From positions 101,184 through 165,183 of the forward strand of contig JBAQUS010000011.1 in assembly GCA_049297675.1 (NCBI GenBank): DNA of 64,000 nt, read 5' to 3'. This stretch comes from Minisyncoccia bacterium. GTDB lineage: Bacteria > Patescibacteriota > Minisyncoccia > Phycocordibacterales > DATDWN01. Under the pieces are notes generated by a model. The model saw only the letters and a program-made list of their open reading frames with translations, was not told the origin of the DNA and did no database searches. Of the stretch, positions 1 to 9,417 are shown piece after piece. Position numbers and translations under genes: made by a program. Position 1 is the first letter of the stretch, and the number at the start of each line of letters is the position of its first letter.

Positions 1-729
1 AGCGATGAAGATATGAAACATGTTTTAGTTTTTGGAAATCCGGAGTGGAAACCATCTCTACTTGGTTTGGTTGCAAATAGTTTTTCCGATGAACACAACC
101 GTCCAGTTTTTTTCTGGGGTAGAAATTCAACCATGGCTGGCGAGGAAGATGCTGAGGTTAGAAGACCGAATGCAGGAAGCCCTCTTATAAAAGGCTCATG
201 TAGGGCAGGAGGAGAAACCGACATAGTAAAGCTCATGGAGAAAGTCAAAGATATTTTTGTTGACTACGGTGGACACAAGGGGGCAGGCGGTTTTTCAATT
301 TTACAGGAAAACGTTCATCATTTAGAGGAGAGACTTAATATTGCCTATCTTGAACTTGTCAAAGAGCACAAGGTTATTTTGGACACACTTGTTGATAAAA
401 AACTTTCACTAGATGATGTAAATTGGGAAACATGGAAAGAAGTAGAGAAGTTTACACCTTTTGGTTTTGAGAATCCTAAACCACTTTTTCTTTTTGAAAA
501 TATTAAAATTTCTAACGTAAAACTATTTGGTAAAGAACAAAATCATTTAGAATTGAAATTTAAAAATAGTCATGGTAAGGATGTGACAGCAATTGTTTTT
601 TTTCAAAATGGCGACAAGTTTGAAACAGAAATAAAGGAGGGGAGTGTAATAAATCTTGTCGCAAACCTTGAGAAATCTGTTTTTAGAAACTATCCCGAAC
701 TTAGACTTCGTATCATTGACATTTATTAG
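1..729 (+). CDS. recJ: C-terminal part of a RecJ-like DHH/DHHA1 phosphoesterase (ssDNA exonuclease); gene begins upstream of the window
   Basis: ORF 13..729 is in frame with position 1; DHHA1-type glycine motif DYGGHKGAGGFS followed by an OB-like tail. Confidence 0.5.
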   Translation, partial: SDEDMKHVLVFGNPEWKPSLLGLVANSFSDEHNRPVFFWGRNSTMAGEEDAEVRRPNAGSPLIKGSCRAGGETDIVKLMEKVKDIFVDYGGHKGAGGFSILQENVHHLEERLNIAYLELVKEHKVILDTLVDKKLSLDDVNWETWKEVEKFTPFGFENPKPLFLFENIKISNVKLFGKEQNHLELKFKNSHGKDVTAIVFFQNGDKFETEIKEGSVINLVANLEKSVFRNYPELRLRIIDIY

Positions 730-782
730 ATTAGATGTTATCTTGAAATATAGAAAAATGCACTGAGGCTTATGCCAATATT

Positions 783-1028
783 GTGCGAGGTATTGATATG
801 GACACTTTCCTTCTCGGTTTTGGTTTGTTGTTGATGGTATTGTCCATCATGCTTCTCATTTATCTTTCGTTTACTGGACCGTACGACCGCTGGTTGGTCT
901 GGTATCTCAATGTTGTTTTTTTCGTCGGACTTGCATTTGCCTCATACGGGGCGTTCGGTCTCGACGTTCCACGCTCGGGGGTGCCATCTGGCGCCCTCGG
1001 GCTTTTCGTTTACACAAAAATCATCTGA
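783..1028 (+). CDS. small hydrophobic hypothetical protein; 3' half is locally GC-rich
   Basis: ORF track; two predicted TM helices; no recognisable family. Confidence 0.25.
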   Translation: MRGIDMDTFLLGFGLLLMVLSIMLLIYLSFTGPYDRWLVWYLNVVFFVGLAFASYGAFGLDVPRSGVPSGALGLFVYTKII

Positions 1029-1040
1029 TATACTTTATAT

Positions 1041-1733
1041 ATGTTAACTGTTTTTACTGATGGTAGTTCTCGTGGTAATCCTGGTCCAGGGGGTTGGGGG
1101 GCTATTTTAATTTCTGATGACTTGGTAAAGGAAATTGGTGGTAGAGAAAACAGTACAACAAATAACAGAATGGAACTGACCGCGGTGATTTCAAGTTTGG
1201 AGTTAAGTCCGTCTGGAGAGGAGATTATTATTTATACTGATTCAGCCTACGTTCTAAACGGTATTACGCGTTGGGTCAAGGGCTGGCAAAAAAACAATTG
1301 GAAAACGTCACAAAAAGAAGAAGTACTTAATCGTGATTTGTGGGAGAAACTTGTGAAGCTCACAGTTCACAGAGTGATAGATTGGAAGCTAATTAAAGGT
1401 CATAGTGGCACAGCAGGAAATGAAAGATGTGATGTTATCGCGACATCTTTTGCGGATGATAAACCAGTAATTCTATATAACGGCAGTCGAGAAAGATATG
1501 GTGTAAATATTTCTGTTTTCCCGAAGTCGGACTTAGGGGAAAGAAAAGGGGAGAGAAAATCAAAGAGTAAAAGCAAAGCATATTCATATGTCTCAGTGGT
1601 TAAGGGCGAAATTAAATTGCACAAAACATGGGATGATTGCAAAAAAAGAGTAAGTGGTATCTCTGGTGCTAAATACAAAAAATCAATATCTCCAATGAAT
1701 GAGGAAGAAATAATAAGAGAGTTTTCTGAGTAA
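1041..1733 (+). CDS. rnhA: ribonuclease HI with a C-terminal RNA/DNA hybrid-binding (HBD / Cauli_VI-like) domain
   Basis: N-terminus TDGSSRGNPGPGGWGAIL ... NNRMELTAVI ... HSGTAGNERCD is canonical RNase HI; C-terminal YSYVSVVKGEIKLHKTWDDCKKRVSGISGAKYKK matches the HBD pattern of eukaryotic RNase H1. Confidence 0.85.
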   Translation: MLTVFTDGSSRGNPGPGGWGAILISDDLVKEIGGRENSTTNNRMELTAVISSLELSPSGEEIIIYTDSAYVLNGITRWVKGWQKNNWKTSQKEEVLNRDLWEKLVKLTVHRVIDWKLIKGHSGTAGNERCDVIATSFADDKPVILYNGSRERYGVNISVFPKSDLGERKGERKSKSKSKAYSYVSVVKGEIKLHKTWDDCKKRVSGISGAKYKKSISPMNEEEIIREFSE

Positions 1734-1744
1734 AATCACAACAC

Positions 1745-1830
1745 AAATAATGAATGTTCACGAATGTACGAAGTGAAAACATTCTGCTATCTTATTTGTG
1801 TCATTCGTATGAATTCGTAAATTAGTGTGA
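1745..1830 (+). repeat. copy of the palindromic ACGAAT-triplet intergenic element (outside the ribosomal operons)
   Basis: aatgaatgttcacgaatgtacgaag ... tgtcattcgtatgaattcgtaaattag: two arms of inverted ACGAAT/ATTCGT repeats. Confidence 0.5.
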
Positions 1831-1939
1831 ATTACAAAACTCGACGAAAACACATGTTTTCTAGCGTATCTAGGAGTGCGTGAAGCACGAGAGTTAAGGA
1901 AAATTTTCAGTAGAAAATTATTCCGGCGCTAGAAAATAT

Positions 1940-3472
1940 GTGTTGAGTAAGAGTTTTGTAATTCACAATAAATTAGCATCCATCATCATGATTTTATCTT
2001 TTGTTTTCGGTTTCATATCTGGTATCGCAGTTTCATCTTTTTTTAATTTTCCGTTGTGGTCGGTTCTTACTGTTGGAGTAGTTTCAGCAACTCTTTTCCT
2101 TTATAGGTACGAATTGAGAGGTAAGAATCGGTTATTCACTACTATTTTAGCCTTATTTCTCCTAGCTTTTCTTATTGGCACGATAAGAATGTCTTATTCT
2201 GATCTTCATAGAACATCTATTATTCAAAACCTTATTAATAAAGAAATTATAGCCGAAGGTGTAATCGTCTCCGAGCCGGATGTCAGGGAAAATAACACAA
2301 AACTAACAATCGAAATTTCAAAAATTATTCATAAAGAAGTTTTGAGAGAGGAGAATTTTAACGAAAAAGTTTTAGTGACAGTTCCTATTTACCCGGAATA
2401 CAACTATGGTGACAAACTGAAATTAAATTTTACTTTTAAGGAACCAGAAAATTTTGATTCGGGAGAAGGAAGATTTTTTGATTACAAAGGATATCTCCGA
2501 GTCAGGGGAATTTGGTTTGTCTCAAGTTTTGCAAAAGTTGAACTTCTCTCCACTGGTAACGGCAACATAGTAAAAACTCAGTTATTCAAGGTAAAAAAAT
2601 TTTTCACAAGCTCAATAAATAATAGTTTGCCAGAACCGGAATCATCTCTTCTTTCGGGATTACTTTTAGGAAGTAAACAATCTCTCGGAAAAGACTTACT
2701 GACAGAGTTTCAAAGAACTGGAGTTTCACACGTTGTAGTTCTCTCTGGTTATAACATTGCTATCGTTGCAAAAAGTGTAATGTCTTTCATGAGATTTTTA
2801 CCACAAAATATTTCTTTTGGATTTGGAGCGGTCAGTGTAATTCTTTTCACCATTCTCTCTGGCGGTGGAGCATCAGCAGTTCGGGCGTCCATTATGGTAA
2901 TGGTTGCGCTTTTTGCAAAGCAATTTAACAGAGACTACAAAGCTGGAAGAGTTTTGGGACTGACTGTTATTTTGATGCTAGCTCCTAACCCACTTCTTTT
3001 AGTTTTTGATCCATCCTTTCAGCTTTCGGTTTTAGCAACTATCGGAATAATATTTGTCACTCCGATAGTGGAAACTTATTTCAAATGGGTTACGGAGAGA
3101 TTTGGCTTAAGAGAAGTATTGTCCACCACTATTGCAACACAACTGACCGTCCTACCTTTTCTCATTTACAACATTGGATTACTTTCCTTTGTCTCACTTC
3201 CAGCCAATGTCCTCATCTTGGGAACAATTCCAACCACAATGTTTCTCGGATTCGTTACTGGGTTTCTAGGTCTATTTTCGTATTATCTTTCCCTCATTCC
3301 TGCTTTATTTACGTATTCACTTTTGTGGTATCAGCTCAAGGTCGTACACGTTGGAGCCAGTCTTTCATATGGTGCAATAAATCTACCTATTTTCTCTCCA
3401 ATAATTTTGATAATAGTTTATCTAGCTATTTTTCTTGGTATTCATTTTCTTAAAACCAATAAAAATCGATAG
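1940..3472 (+). CDS. comEC: ComEC/Rec2 competence channel, N-terminal and membrane part (DUF4131 + Competence domain); true start may be the internal Met near 1988
   Basis: polytopic membrane protein with the characteristic LLSGLLLGSKQSL ... GVSHVVVLSGYNIAIV ... SGGGASAVRASIMVM Competence-domain motifs. Confidence 0.8.
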   Translation: MLSKSFVIHNKLASIIMILSFVFGFISGIAVSSFFNFPLWSVLTVGVVSATLFLYRYELRGKNRLFTTILALFLLAFLIGTIRMSYSDLHRTSIIQNLINKEIIAEGVIVSEPDVRENNTKLTIEISKIIHKEVLREENFNEKVLVTVPIYPEYNYGDKLKLNFTFKEPENFDSGEGRFFDYKGYLRVRGIWFVSSFAKVELLSTGNGNIVKTQLFKVKKFFTSSINNSLPEPESSLLSGLLLGSKQSLGKDLLTEFQRTGVSHVVVLSGYNIAIVAKSVMSFMRFLPQNISFGFGAVSVILFTILSGGGASAVRASIMVMVALFAKQFNRDYKAGRVLGLTVILMLAPNPLLLVFDPSFQLSVLATIGIIFVTPIVETYFKWVTERFGLREVLSTTIATQLTVLPFLIYNIGLLSFVSLPANVLILGTIPTTMFLGFVTGFLGLFSYYLSLIPALFTYSLLWYQLKVVHVGASLSYGAINLPIFSPIILIIVYLAIFLGIHFLKTNKNR

Positions 3473-4006
3473 TACTACTGAAAAATTAATTATAAAAATA
3501 TAAATTGGGTAGGATAATAAAATAATATTAGTAGAGCCAACCGCAATAGCTGCAAAAATTCCAGCAATTCCAGAGAGTACCCAAGTTATTGTAGTTTCAC
3601 TTTCCGGTTCTTTATATGATTTGATTACTGTGAGGATTCCACCAATTGCATCAATTACAATAACAATGAACAGTGCAATTGCTGGTTCATTAGTTATATA
3701 CCATAAAAACAATCCAACTCCGGCACCAATGAGTGAAAAAATATCTAGTTTATTTAATCCTCCATATCCAAATTTGATAGATAATAAAAAAACGATTAAG
3801 ACTCCAAATGTTTGAACTCCCGTTAACCATAGTGAATGATCAGCCCCTTTTGCAAACTGAGAAAAGAATGCGACTGATCCTAAAACAGACCAAATCAACC
3901 AAGAGGCTCTTTCCGGTTTAGTTTTTAGTTTCAGAATATCTCTGATATATGGAATATATGATATAGCACTAAGTATCCCAGAAATATAACCGGCTGTTTG
4001 TAACAT
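3422..4006 (-). CDS. polytopic membrane protein, possibly PQ-loop/SWEET-like (two internal repeats)
   Basis: ORF track; about 6 TM helices; weak PQ-loop-like repeat; low certainty. Confidence 0.3.
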   Translation of the reverse strand: MLQTAGYISGILSAISYIPYIRDILKLKTKPERASWLIWSVLGSVAFFSQFAKGADHSLWLTGVQTFGVLIVFLLSIKFGYGGLNKLDIFSLIGAGVGLFLWYITNEPAIALFIVIVIDAIGGILTVIKSYKEPESETTITWVLSGIAGIFAAIAVGSTNIILLSYPIYIFIINFSVVLSIFIGFKKMNTKKNS

Positions 4007-4009
4007 TTT

Positions 4010-4603
4010 CTATTTAACCTTAAGAAAATTCTCCTCAACCTTTTTCCAATTTAGATTTTCAAAAAAATCTTCAACGTATTGTTTCTTTCCACTTGGTTGA
4101 TAGTCGGCAACATAAGAGTGTTCCCACATGTCGAGTGCTAAAATAGGGGAGCATCCCTGGAGTTGTCCTAAGTGTTGTTCGTCAATCCACGCAGGAACAA
4201 GCTGATCACTTTGTTTGTCATAGTAGAGAATTGCCCAGCCAATGCCACGTGTCATAGCAAGAGTTTTGAAACCCATTATGGCTTGATCAAGCGTTGGTGC
4301 TTGCTTCTCGATCGCCTTTCTGAATTCTGAATTTTCCGGAAGTGGGTCGGATCCACTCGAAAGAGAATCAAAATAAATTTCATGATTTCTCATACCATTG
4401 AATTCAAAACCAGTCCTTCTGTGTAGCTCACCGATCAAATAAGCATTCTTTGTCGGATCTACCATTAACTCACTAATTTTTTCAAAAATTCCATTAAGGT
4501 TTTTTACATAACCAGTGTAAAGCTTTAAATGCTCCTCAATTGTTTTTTTGCTTATCCCTTTAAGCTCTCCAATATCAAACTTTTTCTCTTCAAATTGTTT
4601 CAT
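4010..4603 (-). CDS. sodA: Fe/Mn superoxide dismutase
   Basis: HxxxH metal-ligand spacing in the N-domain and C-terminal LALDMWEHSYVADY (the DxWEHAYY signature). Confidence 0.85.
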   Translation of the reverse strand: MKQFEEKKFDIGELKGISKKTIEEHLKLYTGYVKNLNGIFEKISELMVDPTKNAYLIGELHRRTGFEFNGMRNHEIYFDSLSSGSDPLPENSEFRKAIEKQAPTLDQAIMGFKTLAMTRGIGWAILYYDKQSDQLVPAWIDEQHLGQLQGCSPILALDMWEHSYVADYQPSGKKQYVEDFFENLNWKKVEENFLKVK

Positions 4604-4614
4604 AACTTATTAAT

Positions 4615-5595
4615 TTGACTTGTCCACGTGTGTGGCAAGAATTAGTAATCATAAATTCAGTGTGTATACTATACCACATGCCAATAACCTTTTCACACAT
4701 CCAGAAGCATTTGCGTTGGTACACTCTTTTACTTCTCGTAAACATTCTTTATCTTCTTTGGTTGGCAGTAATACATGAAAATAGGCAAGGCATTTTGAAG
4801 TTTGTTGTTCTAGATGTTGGCCAAGGGGACGCACTTTTTATAGAATCTCCGACAGGAAAACAGGTAATAGTTGATGGTGGTCCAAACAAAACTCTAATGC
4901 GAGAGATTGTAAAGGTTATGCCATGGTATGACAGGCATATAGATATGATAGTGGTGACAAATCCTGATAGAGACCACTACGAAGGGTTTATACCACTTTT
5001 GGACAAATACACAGTTGACTCACTACTTGAGCCTGGTACAGAAAATCCAAACCCAGTTTATAGTGTCTTTGAAAATAAAATAGCAGAGAAGGAAATCCCA
5101 AAATTTCTGGCGAGAAAGGGACAGACCATTGATCTGGGAGGTGGAGTATACCTTGAGATACTTTTTCCGGATAGAGATGTCTCAGAGCTTTCAGTGAACG
5201 ATGGGTCGATAGTTATGAAACTCGTTTATGGAGAGACTTCAATCATGCTTCAGGGAGATTCAACGGCAAAGATGGAACAATATTTAAGAAACTCTGTTTC
5301 AAGCACCACTTTGCAAAGTACTATATTAAAAGCAGGACATCATGGCTCCAGAACATCTAGTTCTGTAGGATATGTCAAAGCAGTTTCACCGAAGTGGGTG
5401 GTTATTTCCTCTGGAAAAAATAATTCTTACAGGCACCCACACGAAGAAACATTGGAGACTTTCAAAAAGTTAAATATTCCTGTCTTTGATACTTGTAATA
5501 ATGGTGCGATTCATTTTGAGTCAGACGGTAAAAATTTTGTTTTAAAAAATAAAAACCTTAAGATGGCGGTGAGTGGATGTAAATTGACCAACTAA
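4615..5595 (+). CDS. membrane-anchored metallo-beta-lactamase domain protein corresponding to the C-terminal domain of ComEC (ComEC is split into two genes)
   Basis: one TM helix then VLDVGQGDALFIESPTGKQVIVDGG ... TNPDRDHYEG ... KAGHHGSRTSSS, typical of the ComEC MBL domain. Confidence 0.75.
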   Translation: MTCPRVWQELVIINSVCILYHMPITFSHIQKHLRWYTLLLLVNILYLLWLAVIHENRQGILKFVVLDVGQGDALFIESPTGKQVIVDGGPNKTLMREIVKVMPWYDRHIDMIVVTNPDRDHYEGFIPLLDKYTVDSLLEPGTENPNPVYSVFENKIAEKEIPKFLARKGQTIDLGGGVYLEILFPDRDVSELSVNDGSIVMKLVYGETSIMLQGDSTAKMEQYLRNSVSSTTLQSTILKAGHHGSRTSSSVGYVKAVSPKWVVISSGKNNSYRHPHEETLETFKKLNIPVFDTCNNGAIHFESDGKNFVLKNKNLKMAVSGCKLTN

Positions 5596-5627
5596 TTAGC
5601 ATCTAGTATTGTGTAATAGGAGGTACA

Positions 5628-5864
5628 GTGAAAATATCAGACCCTACCTGCACTCTGCGCTGGAATAGAAATGAGAACGGAAGAGTCACAACTGGTGACA
5701 GGGAATTCTTCACCGATTTCCCTCAAGTACTGCAGTACGTGATCTCTCACACAACTGAACTGCGTCACTTGGGTGGCGAATGGGAGTTTACTCTTCAAGA
5801 CACAGGTGGAAGAGTTATCCCACTCGACCTTCCCACAGAGGTTAGACCTGAGGTGTGGCGATAG
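5628..5864 (+). CDS. hypothetical protein in a locally GC-rich patch
   Basis: ORF track only; GC content is clearly higher than the surroundings; no family recognised. Confidence 0.2.
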   Translation: MKISDPTCTLRWNRNENGRVTTGDREFFTDFPQVLQYVISHTTELRHLGGEWEFTLQDTGGRVIPLDLPTEVRPEVWR

Positions 5865-5865
5865 G

Positions 5866-5910
5866 GGTCGGACGGCCGGATTCCACTGTGGAGTTCGGCC
5901 GATTTTTATT
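5866..5910 (+). terminator. intrinsic terminator-like hairpin plus T-run
   Basis: ggccgg-attccactgtggagt-tcggcc followed by gatttttatt. Confidence 0.45.
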
Positions 5911-5923
5911 AAAATATAAGTAA

Positions 5924-6166
5924 CTATATAACCCCGGCTTTTTTGAGAGTTCTAAATGCTCCGTTTTTTTGAATAGTTTTGATAGCTTCTGTGGAGAGGG
6001 TTAAAGTCATGGACTTTTTGAGTTCAGGAATATAAATCTTCTTTTTCTGAAGATTCGCATATCGTCTTTTCATGCCAGTTGGGTTAAACTGTGTCGCACG
6101 AGTACGGTTTGAATACCCGCCACCCATTTGAGAAGACTTACCTGTTACTTCACACGCTTTTGCCAT
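5924..6166 (-). CDS. rpmB: 50S ribosomal protein L28
   Basis: MAKACEVTGKSSQMGGGYSNRTRATQFNPTGMKRRYANLQKK matches L28; the ORF-track start at 6205 is an upstream in-frame extension. Confidence 0.8.
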   Translation of the reverse strand: MAKACEVTGKSSQMGGGYSNRTRATQFNPTGMKRRYANLQKKKIYIPELKKSMTLTLSTEAIKTIQKNGAFRTLKKAGVI

Positions 6167-6288
6167 GACGAGTATGCTATCATAAGAAAGTATTGCAGGC
6201 AACATTTCGTTAGTTATAACTTAGAAAGTCTATAATGAAAGAATTAATACTTTACAAACTTTATAACTTTTAACTTTATAACTTATTC

Positions 6289-6894
6289 ATGCCAATTGAT
6301 ATAATATTTTCAGGAATAATATTTATCTTCTCGGTTATCATTCATGAAGTCTCTCATGGATTTATGGCGTATAAGCTGGGGGATAACACAGCCAAATTTG
6401 CTGGTAGGTTGACGCTAAATCCCATTCCACATATTGATCTTTTCGGTTCAATAATACTTCCCCTTTTTCTCGTTCTATCAGGGTCTTCAATGGTTGTTGG
6501 TTGGGCAAAGCCAGTACCATTCAATCCTTACAATCTTAAAAATCAAAGATGGGGAGAGGCAATGGTAGCCATTGCAGGACCACTTTCAAATATATTTCTC
6601 GCTGTTATTTTTGGAATCCTTATAAGGGTCGCTGTTTTTCCATCTCTTCTCAGTCCGTTCATATATATAGTATTGGTCAATCTTCTTCTAGCTACTTTTA
6701 ACCTAGTGCCAATTCCACCGCTCGATGGTTCCAAAATACTTTTCTCACTTTTTCCAAACAAGTTACATGAAGTCAGAGAATTTTTAGAGAGAAATGGGCT
6801 TTTTGTTTTGATTTTCTTTGTCTTTTTCCTTTGGCAATATGTTTATCCAATTGTTCTGGTTCAGTTTAATTTATTGACCGGTATGGCGATATAG
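6289..6894 (+). CDS. site-2 protease family zinc metalloprotease (peptidase M50)
   Basis: HEVSHGFMAYKLGD HExxH motif in a TM helix; polytopic membrane protein. Confidence 0.75.
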   Translation: MPIDIIFSGIIFIFSVIIHEVSHGFMAYKLGDNTAKFAGRLTLNPIPHIDLFGSIILPLFLVLSGSSMVVGWAKPVPFNPYNLKNQRWGEAMVAIAGPLSNIFLAVIFGILIRVAVFPSLLSPFIYIVLVNLLLATFNLVPIPPLDGSKILFSLFPNKLHEVREFLERNGLFVLIFFVFFLWQYVYPIVLVQFNLLTGMAI

Positions 6895-7026
6895 TTTCGT
6901 ATAAATCTGTGGAAAGAAATAGTGTAGTTTAGTGTGTTGGTGACGCACGGGTTTGGCTTTTCTCAAAGTGTAAGCCTTGCCTTTTTGGAAGAGATATATT
7001 AAAGTAGCCAAGCAAATACAAAAAAT

Positions 7027-7440
7027 ATGTCAACGATAAATCAGCTTGTCAGAAGAAAGAGATCAAAGCCCGGAGTAAAGTCAAAAGCCGTGGCTCTTAC
7101 TCGTGGATTTAACAATCTAACAAACAGACCAGTTTTTTATAACTCACCTTTTAAGAGAGGTGTTTGCACAAAAGTGACGACAAAGACTCCTAAGAAACCA
7201 AACTCTGCTATACGAAAATACGCAAGAGTTCGCCTTACAAACGGTATGGAGGTTTCAGCATACATCCCAGGAATGGGACATGCCCTTCAAGAGCACTCCG
7301 TTGTTTTGCTACGAGGTGGAAAGGTAAAGGATGTCGGCTTGCGTTATACAATAGTGCGAGGCAAGCTCGATGCTACTGGAGTTGAGAAGAGAATGAAGGG
7401 AAGAAGTCAGTACGGAGCAAAGAGACCGAAAAGCAAATAA
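7027..7440 (+). CDS. rpsL: 30S ribosomal protein S12
   Basis: [53 protein letters not shown]. Confidence 0.95.
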   Translation: MSTINQLVRRKRSKPGVKSKAVALTRGFNNLTNRPVFYNSPFKRGVCTKVTTKTPKKPNSAIRKYARVRLTNGMEVSAYIPGMGHALQEHSVVLLRGGKVKDVGLRYTIVRGKLDATGVEKRMKGRSQYGAKRPKSK

Positions 7441-7546
7441 CGCGATACCAATTTACGAATACATGCGAATGATACGAATAAATACAAAACAGTTGCACCC
7501 ATTCGTTTTATTCGTATAATTCGTTGATTCGCATCGATATTATTAT
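7441..7546 (+). repeat. palindromic ACGAAT-triplet intergenic element (rpsL-rpsG spacer)
   Basis: gcgataccaatttacgaatacatgcgaatgatacgaataaa ... cattcgttttattcgtataattcgttgattcgcatcga; fills the entire spacer. Confidence 0.7.
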
Positions 7547-8017
7547 ATGAGAAGAAAAGTTACAAACAGAAACATAGTCAAGAAAGACAAAAAATACGAC
7601 TCCGATAAAATCGGCAAATTTATCAACTACATAATGGAGAGGGGGCAGAAAGAAACTGCCAGAGGAATTGTTTACGATGCCTTGGAAGAAGTGAAAGAGA
7701 GAACAAAGGTTGAAGATGTTATGGAAGTTTTTGATACAGCTCTGAAAAACACAGGACCTTTGACAGAAGTTCGTTCTCGAAGAGTTGGTGGTGCAAACTA
7801 TCAGATTCCCAGAGAAGTTAGACCGGAAAGAAGGTCTTTCTTGTCCATGAAATGGATAATTGAGGCTGCTCGAGGTGGAAAAGGAAAGAGTATGGCTTTA
7901 AAACTAGCAGATGAAATAATTCTAGCAAGTAAAAACGAAGGTAAGGCTGTCAAGAAGAGAGAAGATACTCATAAAATGGCTGAAGCCAATAAGGCATTTG
8001 CCCATTTTGCATGGTAA
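7547..8017 (+). CDS. rpsG: 30S ribosomal protein S7
   Basis: full-length S7 similarity (RGQKETARGIVYDALEEV ... SRRVGGANYQIPREV). Confidence 0.95.
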   Translation: MRRKVTNRNIVKKDKKYDSDKIGKFINYIMERGQKETARGIVYDALEEVKERTKVEDVMEVFDTALKNTGPLTEVRSRRVGGANYQIPREVRPERRSFLSMKWIIEAARGGKGKSMALKLADEIILASKNEGKAVKKREDTHKMAEANKAFAHFAW

Positions 8018-8050
8018 AAAAGGGCCGAAAGGCCTTTTTTACCATGCAAA
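8003..8050. terminator. roughly 46-bp near-perfect palindrome that can form a long hairpin with flanking A/T runs (bidirectional terminator) after rpsG
   Basis: ttttgcatggtaaaaaagggccgaaaggccttttttaccatgcaaaa. Confidence 0.6.
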
Positions 8051-8244
8051 ATAAATTAAACAGCGCATGGTCGAGAGGGAAAATAGTAGAAAGCTATTTT
8101 CCCTCCGGGTGAGTTTTTCAAAAATCCTCACAAAAACAGAAAAGATCTCAACACCAGGAGAAGCAAAAATAAAAATTTAATAATTAAGAATAATTAAAAC
8201 AAGTTGAGCTTTCTTGTTTTTAATGTATTATTTAGTAATTAACA

Positions 8245-8793
8245 TTGAAGCACATGAAAACTGAATCTTTAGAAGCTTTTCCACCACCATATCTAAGAAG
8301 TCTGGATGAGATCTTGGGTTTTTCGGAAATACCGGAGGATAATTTTCAAGAATTGAAGTCCAGGTATATAGAATTGTATAAAAATAGTTTTGTTAAGTCA
8401 GTAAGAGACAATGAAGAAATAGATATGGAGTTATCGGAGGAAGTTTTGGATGAAGGGGGGACTGACGGGCTATTTAATGAACTTGAGGATTATTATAAAA
8501 AAGAAATTTGGGATAAATTAGTTGACGAACTAGTAAGAGTCGCTCCAGATTTTAAAGGTTTAAAGGTTCCCTCACCACTTAGACCTGAAGATTCAAAAAT
8601 TGAATTTGATGAGGATTTAGTTGACGCAGGCTTGGATGAAAAAAATAGAGATGTGCTGGACGAATATAGAAAATTACAAAAAAGTGCTCTTGAAATGTGT
8701 CTTAAGTTTTCAAAAAGAATTTCTAGGGAGGTGTTAAGAGAAAGTGTAAAAATGGCACGTATAGAGTTAGGATTAAGAAATATTGTTAACTAA
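8245..8793 (+). CDS. hypothetical acidic protein
   Basis: ORF track; no family recognised. Confidence 0.35.
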   Translation: MKHMKTESLEAFPPPYLRSLDEILGFSEIPEDNFQELKSRYIELYKNSFVKSVRDNEEIDMELSEEVLDEGGTDGLFNELEDYYKKEIWDKLVDELVRVAPDFKGLKVPSPLRPEDSKIEFDEDLVDAGLDEKNRDVLDEYRKLQKSALEMCLKFSKRISREVLRESVKMARIELGLRNIVN

Positions 8794-8913
8794 TATTAGA
8801 TTGTAATAGAAAGGAATTTTTTTCAACATAGGAATTTCATTTTATGTGCGAACCAGCGAGGGGAGTCTTCGGTTACTCGCTTACCAATTGTGTTCTCTAT
8901 TTTTCCTAATAAA

Positions 8914-8949
8914 ATAAAGTATCATATACGCCATGGCGTATATGATACT
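8914..8949. promoter_or_regulatory. 36-bp perfect palindrome centred on CCATGG, about 80 bp upstream of the Cas2/VapD-like gene
   Basis: aaagtatcatatacgccatggcgtatatgatacttt is identical to its reverse complement. Confidence 0.5.
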
Positions 8950-9027
8950 TTTATGGTATTCTCAGGGCAGGGGAATGTTGTTATAGATTTGTAATATACT
9001 GATGCATTAAATATATAGAAATCTCAA

Positions 9028-9417
9028 ATGAAAAGAAAATACTTAAGATACAAAGGAATACGAGTCAACGCTTTTGGTATTCCTGTGTCAGGATATGTTG
9101 ATAAAAGTAAAGGCAAAAAACCTATTAAAAAGAGGGATATTTATCACACCTCTTTTCCATCAGTTTTCAAAGAGAATTCTCCTAAAAATCTTATTGTTAT
9201 GTATGATATTCCACATGAATTAAAAAAGGAAAGAGACTGGTTTCGGCGACATCTTATTAAGTTTGGATACAAAATGATACAAAAAAGTGTTTGGGTGGGA
9301 CCATCCCCACTACCAAAAGAATTCCTCAAGTATTTAGAGGAAATAAAAATTGGAAATAGGTTAAAAACCCTTAAATTAGCCAAAACATACAATCCTACTA
9401 TATCAGCCATGGCGTAA
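9028..9417 (+). CDS. Cas2/VapD-fold endoribonuclease-like protein with a basic N-terminal extension of about 55 aa; solitary (no cas1, no CRISPR array)
   Basis: NLIVMYDIPHELKKERDWFRRHLIKFGYKMIQKSVWVG ... NRLKTLKL follows the Cas2 pattern (LVxYDV ... RRLRKxLxxYGxRVQxSVF ... RIYRL). Confidence 0.4.
   Translation: MKRKYLRYKGIRVNAFGIPVSGYVDKSKGKKPIKKRDIYHTSFPSVFKENSPKNLIVMYDIPHELKKERDWFRRHLIKFGYKMIQKSVWVGPSPLPKEFLKYLEEIKIGNRLKTLKLAKTYNPTISAMA

Noticed and set aside
3085-3453. 122-aa ORF in an alternative frame inside comEC
   Set aside because: Overlaps the well-supported ComEC frame. Cys/Ser-rich nonsense composition.
5596-5923. GC-rich ORF-poor stretch considered as RNase P RNA, SRP RNA or 6S RNA
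   Set aside because: None of the universally conserved motifs were found (RNase P P4 GGAAAGTCCGGGC / ACAGAAnCCGGCTTA, SRP domain IV GGAAGCAGCC). It is kept only as an unexplained GC-rich patch with a terminator-like hairpin.
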